A stretch of 32,000 nt of DNA from Trichlorobacter lovleyi SZ (GTDB lineage: Bacteria > Desulfobacterota > Desulfuromonadia > Geobacterales > Pseudopelobacteraceae): assembly GCF_000020385.1 (NCBI RefSeq), contig NC_010814.1, positions 3,240,001 through 3,272,000 of the forward strand, read 5' to 3'. How positions within the stretch are numbered: the stretch's first letter is position 1; every line of letters begins with the position of its first letter. Of the stretch, positions 23,710 through 31,235 are shown one piece after another. Below the pieces are notes generated by a model that saw nothing but the letters and a program-made list of their open reading frames with translations, had not been told where the DNA came from and searched no databases. The position numbers and the translations under genes were made by a program.

Positions 23710-23928
23710 CAGCAGTACAATAATTCATTAACCACTAACATTCATTTCCATCCAAATTCTTTGCAGCACCACCACTCAGCTTTCGCTACGAACTGTCCGG
23801 ACTGTGGGGCGAACCGAAAGGAGTACTACCAGAAAACCCCGGAAGAACCCGTTGGAAAGAGTTTGAGCAACTGTTTGAGCAGTAGCGCAACACACACCCT
23901 GAGGTAACCACGCAAAGGAGAAGAGAAG

Positions 23929-25821
23929 ATGAAGAGACTGTTTACCCTGATTGCCGTTGCCGGTAGTTTGGCAGTAACAGCAATTGCCTCCGCAGACACC
24001 CTGACACTGACCACTGACAAGCCCTGTTACACCCGTGGTCAACAGGTAAAGTTCACCGCTGTCTACAAAAAAAGTGACGGCAGCGCAATCACCTCTCCCA
24101 GCAAACGTGAACTCCGCCTGCGTGACAAGGCAAACGGCAACACCCTGGCTACGGTCAGCATGACCAATGCCGGCAGCGGCACTTATACCTACAACTATAC
24201 CCTGTCTTCATCAGCAGTATACGGCACCTATGAAACCCGTCTCGACTTCATTTACAACAACGTTGAAACCAAGATCTACTTCAACCAGCCTGTCGTAGCT
24301 TCCAGTTGTACAACCACTCCGCCTCCGCCTCCGGTCAACAACCACGCCGGTCTGACCTACACCGGCACCACCATGTGCCTGCAGTGCCACACCAAACAGG
24401 CCACCGATCTGGCCGGTTCGGTCCACTACAAGTGGGAGACCCCCTACGCTGCCATCAGCAACAAGCCGGGGGTAACCGGCGGTAAACTGAACACCGCCGT
24501 CAACGCCTACTGCATCAACACCCTGGGCAACTGGAACGGCTGCGGTTCATGCCATATCGGTGCCGGTGCCAAGCCGGGTACCGTTGCCGATGCCACCCAG
24601 AACATCGACTGTCTGATCTGCCACCAGGTTGCCTACAAGCGGGTACGTAACGCCACCACCGGCCTGTTTGAGCCGGACACCGCCAAGATGACCATCTCCA
24701 TGGATCAGGCCGTGCAGACCCTGCACAAGCCGGTTAAATCAAACTGTCTGCAGTGCCATGCCAAGGGCGGCGGCGGCGATGCCCTCAAGCGTGGCGACCT
24801 GGCAGTAATCAACGGCACCACCACCGACCGCAACTACGATGTCCATATGGCCTCCACCGGCGCCAACCTGACCTGTCAGCAGTGCCACACCTACACCAAC
24901 CACCATGTGGCCGGTCGCGGCTCAGACCTGCGCCCAACCGACAGCACCGTAACCGTCGGCTGTGCAACCAGCAGCTGCCACAGCAACAAGGCTGCCCTGA
25001 ATGCCGGTCATGCCACCACCGCCATCAACACCCACCTGAAGCGTGTGGCCTGCCAGACCTGCCATATCCCCTCCTACGGCAGAAAGGCGGCCGATGCCGT
25101 ACTGGACACCGTGACCGGCTTTGGTGATCAGTCCACTGAAACCGACCGCACCTGGGTAACCCCCGAATGGTCAGTGGCCAACAACCGCTGGGAGCCGACC
25201 GTTGTCCGTGCCAACAACCTGAAGCCGGTCTACGCCTTCTATGACGGCAGCTCCTGGGTCTATGACCTGCATGATGTGGCCGTGATCGATCCGGCCACCG
25301 GCAACTACAAGATCAGCCGTCCCAACGGCGGCATCAACACCGCCAACACCAAGCTGTATCCGTTCAAGTACAAGACCTCGACCCAGCCGATGCACACTGC
25401 CAGCGGCAAGCTGATCGCCCTGAACACCTCGGTCTACTTCAAGACCGCCGATGTGGCCGGTGCCATCCAGTCCGGCCTGACCAACATGGGTCTGAACCCG
25501 GGCGATGCCTACAGCATGGTCAAGGCCGACGAGTACCAGATGCTGAACCACACCGTGGCACCCAAGGCCAACGCCCTGCAGTGTGCTGCCTGCCACGGCA
25601 CCACCAGCGTACCGGCAACCCAGATGAACCTGAAGTCGATGGGCTATGCCCTGAAGGCTGCCCAGTCCGTGGTCTGCGTCCAGTGCCACGGCAATGAGAG
25701 CCTGCCGAGCTTCACCTCGCTGCACAGCAAGCACGTCACCAGCGAGAAGATCGACTGTTCCATGTGTCATACCTTCAGCCGGGCAACCGAGCGCGGCCTG
25801 ACCATCGGTATCAAACGCTAA
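23929..25821 (+). CDS. Secreted multihaem c-type cytochrome, 10 predicted haem sites (630 aa)
   Basis: Signal peptide MKRLFTLIAVAGSLAVTAIASA. A beta-rich N-terminal ~110 aa is followed by a TTTPPPPPV linker. There are nine CXXCH motifs (CLQCH, CGSCH, CLICH, CLQCH, CQQCH, CQTCH, CAACH, CVQCH, CSMCH) and one CX4CH (CATSSCH, nt 24961..24981). AAGGAG RBS. Confidence 0.9.
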   Translation: MKRLFTLIAVAGSLAVTAIASADTLTLTTDKPCYTRGQQVKFTAVYKKSDGSAITSPSKRELRLRDKANGNTLATVSMTNAGSGTYTYNYTLSSSAVYGTYETRLDFIYNNVETKIYFNQPVVASSCTTTPPPPPVNNHAGLTYTGTTMCLQCHTKQATDLAGSVHYKWETPYAAISNKPGVTGGKLNTAVNAYCINTLGNWNGCGSCHIGAGAKPGTVADATQNIDCLICHQVAYKRVRNATTGLFEPDTAKMTISMDQAVQTLHKPVKSNCLQCHAKGGGGDALKRGDLAVINGTTTDRNYDVHMASTGANLTCQQCHTYTNHHVAGRGSDLRPTDSTVTVGCATSSCHSNKAALNAGHATTAINTHLKRVACQTCHIPSYGRKAADAVLDTVTGFGDQSTETDRTWVTPEWSVANNRWEPTVVRANNLKPVYAFYDGSSWVYDLHDVAVIDPATGNYKISRPNGGINTANTKLYPFKYKTSTQPMHTASGKLIALNTSVYFKTADVAGAIQSGLTNMGLNPGDAYSMVKADEYQMLNHTVAPKANALQCAACHGTTSVPATQMNLKSMGYALKAAQSVVCVQCHGNESLPSFTSLHSKHVTSEKIDCSMCHTFSRATERGLTIGIKR

Positions 25822-25837
25822 CCAGGTAGCACGCAAG

Positions 25838-25877
25838 ACACAAACACCCCGCCGGTTTTCCGGCGGGGTGTTTGTGT
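25838..25877 (+). terminator. Strong terminator hairpin after the cytochrome gene
   Basis: ACACAAACACCCCGCCGG-tttt-CCGGCGGGGTGTTTGTGT, an 18-bp stem followed by TTC. Confidence 0.75.
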
Positions 25878-25913
25878 TTCATCAGTCAATGGCAGGGCTC
25901 TTTTGCCTTGGAT

Positions 25914-25941
25914 TTGACCAGACACCTAAACTGTGTATACT
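25914..25941 (+). promoter_or_regulatory. Candidate sigma70 promoter for the small Rho_N/SAP-like gene
   Basis: TTGACC-N16-TATACT, located 33 nt upstream of ATG 25974. Confidence 0.4.
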
Positions 25942-25973
25942 GTCCTCAAGATCATGCAGAAAAGGGGGCAGCC

Positions 25974-26153
25974 ATGAAGCTGGATGATGTCAAGAAGATT
26001 GCAGCAGGACTCGGGATCAAGGCGGGCAAACTGCGTAAGGCGGACCTGATACAGCAGATACAGCAGACAGAGGGCAACGACCCGTGTTATGCCACCGGCA
26101 AGTCGGCAGTCTGCGGCCAGGATCAGTGCCTCTGGCGAGAAGACTGCAACTGA
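25974..26153 (+). CDS. Small Rho-N/SAP-like domain protein with a C-terminal 4-Cys cluster (59 aa)
   Basis: Start re-set to ATG 25974, with GGGGG upstream. MKLDDVKKIAAGLGIKAGKLRKADLIQQIQQTEG resembles the Rho N-terminal/SAP helix-extended-helix. It is followed by C-x8-C-x4-C-x5-C (CYATGKSAVCGQDQCLWREDC). Confidence 0.65.
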   Translation: MKLDDVKKIAAGLGIKAGKLRKADLIQQIQQTEGNDPCYATGKSAVCGQDQCLWREDCN

Positions 26154-26179
26154 TTTCGTCTTTATCCCGCCCAAAAACG

Positions 26180-26217
26180 GACAGCGCCCTGACAGCATAG
26201 GCTGGCGGGGCGCTGTC
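26180..26217. terminator. Hairpin between convergent genes (possible terminator, no U-run)
   Basis: GACAGCGCCC-N18-GGGCGCTGTC, a 10-bp stem. Confidence 0.35.
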
Positions 26218-26240
26218 TGCCTCTACCGGCAGGCCAACAA

Positions 26241-26654
26241 CTAGGCGGTGCCCTGGCTTTTCAGGTGCCGTCCCAGTGCCCGGTCTCTGACCGAAATATG
26301 CCGCAGCAGCCAATCCAGCAACAGCTTGTTGGTATCCAGCACATGGTCAATCTGCACACCGCCTTCGGAACGCATCCGTTCCTTCAGCTCGGCAAGACGG
26401 GCAATGAACGAGACATGTTCGGCATGGTGCGACTCGTACTCAGGAAAACCGCTCTGTTTCTGCAGTTTTTCTTCATCACTGAAGTGACTGATCACATAGT
26501 CATCCAGAAACGTCAGCAGATGCAGCACCTCTTCACGCCCCTTGCCCTCCTTGCAGGAACTCAGCAGCAGATCAAAGCGGGCCAGCAGTTCCTTGTGCTG
26601 GTCGTCAATCTGATCAACCCCTATGGCAAGGTCTTCTCTCCAGGTAATCCCCAT
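26241..26654 (-). CDS. Bacteriohemerythrin / hemerythrin-like metal-binding protein (137 aa)
   Basis: Start re-set to ATG 26654, with GGGAGG upstream. Iron-ligand pattern: IDDQHKEL, HFSDEE, HHAEH and HISVRD. The ATG lies 1 nt after the Lon-like stop codon. Confidence 0.85.
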   Translation of the reverse strand: MGITWREDLAIGVDQIDDQHKELLARFDLLLSSCKEGKGREEVLHLLTFLDDYVISHFSDEEKLQKQSGFPEYESHHAEHVSFIARLAELKERMRSEGGVQIDHVLDTNKLLLDWLLRHISVRDRALGRHLKSQGTA

Positions 26655-26655
26655 C

Positions 26656-29133
26656 TTATGCCTCCCTGTCTGCTTCAACAGATTTTTTCTTGCGGGTAGC
26701 AGCCGTTTTTTTCTTGTGGGCGGCTGTCTTGCCTTTACCGTCATCTTCATCGCGCATCCGCGCATGCATCTTCTTCAGGGTTTGTGCCACCTGATAAAAG
26801 ACCGTATCCTTGGGAAAGCTGCCGTTCTTGCCGGCAACACCGGCCTGAACCCCGGTCAGGATCTCAATCCCCTGCTCAATGGTCTCAATACTCCAGAGAT
26901 GGAATCGTCCGGCGGCAATTGCCTCCACCACCTCTTCCTTCAGCATCAGGTGCCGTTCATTGGTCTTGGGAATCAGAACCCCCTGATCGCCGGTCAGCCC
27001 CTTTGCCTTGCAGACCGCGTAGAATCCCTCAATCTTGTGGTTCACACCACCGATCGGCTGGATCTGCCCCCGCTGGTTGACACTGCCGGTCACCGCAATC
27101 CCCTGTTTAATCGGTACTCCGGACAGGGCTGAGAGCAGGGCGTACAGCTCGGTGGAGGAGGCGCTGTCGCCCTCGACACCGTCATAGTTCTGCTCAAAAC
27201 AGATCGAGGCGGACAGTGAAAGGGGATGGCTGCGGGCAAACAGCCCCCCCAGATAGCCGGTCAGGATCAGGACCCCCTTGTCATGGATCGGGCCGGACAG
27301 CTTGACCTCCCGCTCCACATTGACCATACCGGCCTGTCCCAGCCAGGTACGGGCCGTGATCCTGGAAGGACGGCCAAAGGTGTGGTCGCCCAGCGAGATG
27401 ACCGAGAGGCCGTTGATCTGTCCCACCACCGCCCCCACGGTATCCACCATGATGGTGCCGTCCTCAAATAGTTCCTGCATCCGTTCTTCAATCCGGTTGA
27501 CCCGGTAGAGCTGTTCTTCCGCAGCCCGGCGCACGTCACCGCAGGTTATCACCTCATGTCCGTCGCGCTCGGCCCAGAAGCTGGCCTCCCGCACGAAGTC
27601 GGCGATCTCCATGAAGCGGGAAGAGAGCTTCTGCTGATCATCCACCATCCGGGCGGTGTACTCCAGCAGGCAGGCCACACCGGCCCGGTCAAAATGCAGC
27701 AGCTTCTTGTCGCGGCAGAGGGTGGCCACAAACAGGGCATACTCCTGCATGACCACCGCCGTACGGGAGACGGAGCTGTCAAACTCCGCCTTGACCTTGA
27801 AAAATTTACGGTAGTCCGGATCCTGGTAGTAGAGCAGATAGTAGATCCAGGGGGTACCCACCAGCACAATCTTGGCTGAAAGCGGCACCGGCTCAGGTTT
27901 AAGCGAGACCATCGTCATGAAGCGATACTGCTCCAGTACATCCTCAATCCTGATCTCGGCGGTGCGGATACAACGTTTGAGGGAGTCCCAGACAAAGGGG
28001 TTGATCAGCACCTCACGGGCATCAATCACCAGGTAGCCGCCATTGGCGCGGTGCAAGGCCCCGGCCTTGATCATGGTAAAGTCGGTCACCGCCACGCCGC
28101 CGTACTGCATGACATGCTCGATCCGGCCAAACAGGTTGTTGTAGGTGGGGTTGGATTCAAAGACGATCGGCGCCCCCTCGGTCTCCTTGTTGTCCACCAG
28201 CAGGTTGACCTCATAGCGCTCAAAGCTGGGTTCCTGACGGGGGATCTTGAGACCGGGTATCTGGGGCTGGGTAGGCTGAGGCTTAAAATCCTCCAGGTTT
28301 TTCAGAATATCTTCCTGGACGGTTTCAAGATAGGCCAGCACCTTTTCCAGATCGACATATTTCTCCCGCAGCGGGTCCAGGCGATGTCCCAGACAGGAGA
28401 GACCAAGCTCACGGTCGGCCAGGGCCAGGGCGTCCTTGGTGGCCTTCTCGTTCTCGCGCACCTGCCGCAGGACATCATTCAGGCGCTCCGTCAATAATTT
28501 GCCCTGTTCCTCAAGCTTGGTACGCTCCTCGTCAGTCAAGGCATCGTACTCTTCCTGGGTGAAGTTATGGTCGTCCTTCTGCGGTACGATCACCAGGCCG
28601 GATACGGTCCGTTGCAGCACAAAACCATGCTGCTCCGATTCGGTTTCAAGGGTCTCAAACAGTTCATTGCTCTGGGCCTGATACTGTTCCAGGATCTCGG
28701 TACGGCGGGATTCGTACTCCTTGCTTTCAAGGGCCTTGGGGATATCGTTCTTGAACGCCTCCACCAGCTCCTTCATGTCGGCGGCCAGTTCACTGCCTCT
28801 GCCGGCCGGAAGCGACAGTGAGATCGGGTTGTCGGCATCCTTGAAGTTATAGACGTAGACCCAGTCATCCGGCGTGGGCTCAGACTTGGCCCGTTGGCGC
28901 AGCAGGTTGCGGATGGTAGAGGTACGGCCGGTTCCGGTCTGGCCGGAGATATAGAGGTTGAACCCGGTCTCCCTGACACCCAGGCCGAACTCGATCGAAC
29001 GCAGGGCACGCTCCTGCCCCACCGCATCCACCAGGTCAGGCAGATCGGCCGTGGTAGTAAAATCAAACTGTTCAGGGTCGCATGTCCAGCGCAGCTTTTC
29101 TACCGGTAGACGACATTCATCTTGAACGGGCAT
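26656..29133 (-). CDS. Lon-like protease (AAA_32-type AAA+-like module with a large helical insertion, plus a Lon_C S16 protease domain), 825 aa
   Basis: Start re-set to ATG 29133, with GAGGAGG upstream. Walker-A-like GQTGTGRTS, Walker-B-like GGYLVIDAREVL, and a ~295-aa charged helical insert between them. C-terminal protease blocks are GVEGDSASSTELYALLSAL (Ser) and GGVNHKIEGF (Lys). Lysine-rich tail. Confidence 0.9.
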   Translation of the reverse strand: MPVQDECRLPVEKLRWTCDPEQFDFTTTADLPDLVDAVGQERALRSIEFGLGVRETGFNLYISGQTGTGRTSTIRNLLRQRAKSEPTPDDWVYVYNFKDADNPISLSLPAGRGSELAADMKELVEAFKNDIPKALESKEYESRRTEILEQYQAQSNELFETLETESEQHGFVLQRTVSGLVIVPQKDDHNFTQEEYDALTDEERTKLEEQGKLLTERLNDVLRQVRENEKATKDALALADRELGLSCLGHRLDPLREKYVDLEKVLAYLETVQEDILKNLEDFKPQPTQPQIPGLKIPRQEPSFERYEVNLLVDNKETEGAPIVFESNPTYNNLFGRIEHVMQYGGVAVTDFTMIKAGALHRANGGYLVIDAREVLINPFVWDSLKRCIRTAEIRIEDVLEQYRFMTMVSLKPEPVPLSAKIVLVGTPWIYYLLYYQDPDYRKFFKVKAEFDSSVSRTAVVMQEYALFVATLCRDKKLLHFDRAGVACLLEYTARMVDDQQKLSSRFMEIADFVREASFWAERDGHEVITCGDVRRAAEEQLYRVNRIEERMQELFEDGTIMVDTVGAVVGQINGLSVISLGDHTFGRPSRITARTWLGQAGMVNVEREVKLSGPIHDKGVLILTGYLGGLFARSHPLSLSASICFEQNYDGVEGDSASSTELYALLSALSGVPIKQGIAVTGSVNQRGQIQPIGGVNHKIEGFYAVCKAKGLTGDQGVLIPKTNERHLMLKEEVVEAIAAGRFHLWSIETIEQGIEILTGVQAGVAGKNGSFPKDTVFYQVAQTLKKMHARMRDEDDGKGKTAAHKKKTAATRKKKSVEADREA

Positions 29134-29167
29134 CTGCCCTCCTCGAAACGTAGGCATATGATCTGGT

Positions 29168-29195
29168 ACTCTAGTAAAATCGGACGGTATGTCAA
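29168..29195 (-). promoter_or_regulatory. Candidate sigma70 promoter for the Lon-like/hemerythrin pair
   Basis: On the minus strand, TTGACA-N16-TAGAGT begins 1 nt after the GGDEF stop codon. The -10 element ends 34 nt upstream of ATG 29133. Confidence 0.45.
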
Positions 29196-29196
29196 G

Positions 29197-30429
29197 CTAA
29201 CGTTGCCCAGCCAGACAGACCTGATTACGACCACCGTTTTTGGCACGGTACAAAGCCGAGTCCGCCGCCCTGATCACCTCTTCAGCAGTGGTATAGCGGC
29301 TGCCTGACTCTGCCACGCCGATGCTGACCGTCACCGAGACATCCCTGCTCGCGTACTGTCTGTTTCGGCTGACCTGCCCTTTGCTGTCATCCTTGGGACG
29401 GTCATCGGAACGCAGGGCCATTTTATACTCCTCAATCGCCTTGCGCAGCCGCTCAAGGTGGGGGGCGGCATCCTTGGCACTCTTGCCGGGGAAAATGACG
29501 GTAAACTCCTCACCGCCATACCTGAAGGGCCGGCCGCCGCCGGAGACCGCCATCAGACGTCCCGCCACCACCTTCAATACCTGGTCGCCCACATCATGAC
29601 CATAGGTATCGTTAAAGCGTTTGAAGTGATCGACGTCAACCATGGCGATGGCATAGCGGCTGCCCAGACCACGCAGCAGTTCGTTCAGGGCCCGCCGCGA
29701 CGGCAGACCGGTCATGTCGTCGCGGAAGGCCATGTTATGGGAATCCTGAATAATGGCCAACACCAGTATCAGACTGGCGGTGCCGCTGAAGATCGTAGTG
29801 ACGAACGGCACCGCAGGCCATGCCAGCAGCACAGCAAAGGTGATCACCACGCCGAACAGCGCCCCCTCAACCGGGGCTGGACGCTGCCAGGCCTTCCATA
29901 AGGTTATACCGGCAGCAGCAACCAGCATCAGCAGGCTGAGCTGCGGGATCGGCAGGGAGGCCAGCAGTGACAGCTGCAGCAGCGGATGGGTCAGGGCCAT
30001 CCAGAGCGCCTGACTGCCCTGATGCAACGTCAGCCAGAGCAGGAACAGCTGCCCGCCGAGGAAGGTCAGCCGCATCCGCCCGGTGCAGCCGGTAATCCCT
30101 TTTTCCCGCATCAGGGCAATCACCAGCAGGTTAAACGGAAGCAGGATCGCCAGGGCCCGATAGACCAGGTTGGCCTCCGGCGTGACTGTGCCAGCAGCCA
30201 GGTAATGGCTGCCCAGGTAGTAATTTACCGTAGCGAGAATGATCAGCAGACAGACCCTGCCCCGCTTGAAATGGTAACCGGATATAAGCGCCGCTGCTGC
30301 CAGCAGATAGGGAGCCAGGGTCAGCAGTTCCTGTTGTGCGGGCGAGAGGGAAAAGGCGCGTGAAAGCAGCAACCAGGAGAGCAGCAGGACGATCAGCGGA
30401 AGCAGCAGCGATGAAAGGTTGCGGAGCAT
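29197..30429 (-). CDS. Membrane-anchored diguanylate cyclase (multi-TM N-terminus plus GGDEF domain), 410 aa
   Basis: About 6-7 hydrophobic helices in residues 1-225. These are followed by ..DDMTGLPSRRAL..VDVDHFKRFNDTYGHDVGDQVL..RYGGEEFTVIF..SIGVA..ALYRAKNGGRNQV. No RxxD I-site is visible upstream of GGEEF. Confidence 0.9.
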   Translation of the reverse strand: MLRNLSSLLLPLIVLLLSWLLLSRAFSLSPAQQELLTLAPYLLAAAALISGYHFKRGRVCLLIILATVNYYLGSHYLAAGTVTPEANLVYRALAILLPFNLLVIALMREKGITGCTGRMRLTFLGGQLFLLWLTLHQGSQALWMALTHPLLQLSLLASLPIPQLSLLMLVAAAGITLWKAWQRPAPVEGALFGVVITFAVLLAWPAVPFVTTIFSGTASLILVLAIIQDSHNMAFRDDMTGLPSRRALNELLRGLGSRYAIAMVDVDHFKRFNDTYGHDVGDQVLKVVAGRLMAVSGGGRPFRYGGEEFTVIFPGKSAKDAAPHLERLRKAIEEYKMALRSDDRPKDDSKGQVSRNRQYASRDVSVTVSIGVAESGSRYTTAEEVIRAADSALYRAKNGGRNQVCLAGQR

Positions 30430-30446
30430 AGGGGCCGGCCTTCGGG

Positions 30447-31235
30447 CTATGGCTGACCGGACTGCGTCAACAGTGACGACATGGCACGGTCAACGGCCCG
30501 CTGTATAAGGGGGGAAGCCGGCAGGGTGGCGGCCAGGCGTCTCAGATAGTCACGTTCAAGCAACAGGCGCCGGGTGGTGGTGAAGTTCAGATCATAGACC
30601 CAGGAGATCTGCAACAGCTTGAAGTCGTTCAGCACCCGGGCCTGCTCAAGCCTGACAATTTCCCCCGCTGCAAGGGCCTCCAGGCAGGCCGGCGTTACCT
30701 CCGGCAGGTCGGGAAACCCCAACCCCACCGCCGAGGCTCGTTCTCCCTCGGGCAACTGGAAATAGTCGAGAAAGACCCTCCAGATATCCAGTTTATCGGC
30801 ATCACGGATCAAACGGATAAAACGGTCCGTCGGGGAGCTGATCCTGTCCGGCAGGGTCAGCAGGTTATGAAGGCGCACCGCCTCCTCTATCAGCAGTTGC
30901 TCTTCGGCAGGCAGACGTTGCAGCAGGGCTTCGTCGCGGATCACCTCCAGCGACAGGCGGGCGTGGTTGTCAGACTCGCTGTCACGAAAGGTACGCCAGC
31001 GGCGGTATTGAGGAAAACGACCGACATCATGCAGCAGGGCCACCGCACAAGCCAGTGTCGTCTCTGCGTCAGTCAGCCCTTCGCCTGCGGCCAGCGCCTC
31101 CATGCAGGCCACCACCCGCTGCGTATGATCCTGCTTGAGACGGATATTCCGCAACCCTTCCGGGTCCAGATCCCCAAAGGTTGCCACATAGCTGCCGAAC
31201 CACTCCTGCAGCTGCTGAAGCTCGGCAATCTGCAT
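30447..31235 (-). CDS. HD-domain phosphohydrolase-family protein (262 aa)
   Basis: Start re-set to ATG 31235, which overlaps the ubiE stop (TAATG). H..HD..D pattern: KQDHTQRV, ALLHDVGRF and IRDADKLD. No GYP motif. Confidence 0.8.
   Translation of the reverse strand: MQIAELQQLQEWFGSYVATFGDLDPEGLRNIRLKQDHTQRVVACMEALAAGEGLTDAETTLACAVALLHDVGRFPQYRRWRTFRDSESDNHARLSLEVIRDEALLQRLPAEEQLLIEEAVRLHNLLTLPDRISSPTDRFIRLIRDADKLDIWRVFLDYFQLPEGERASAVGLGFPDLPEVTPACLEALAAGEIVRLEQARVLNDFKLLQISWVYDLNFTTTRRLLLERDYLRRLAATLPASPLIQRAVDRAMSSLLTQSGQP

Noticed and set aside
23716-23928. GEMM-I (c-di-GMP / cGAMP) riboswitch in the cytochrome leader, as known upstream of Geobacter cytochrome genes
   Set aside because: Fragments reminiscent of the consensus exist: GGGCGAACC-GAAA-GG and ACGCAAAGG. 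They are about 110 nt apart rather than flanking a single short hairpin, and the P2 tetraloop-receptor arrangement is not visible. An Rfam covariance-model scan would be needed to overturn this rejection.
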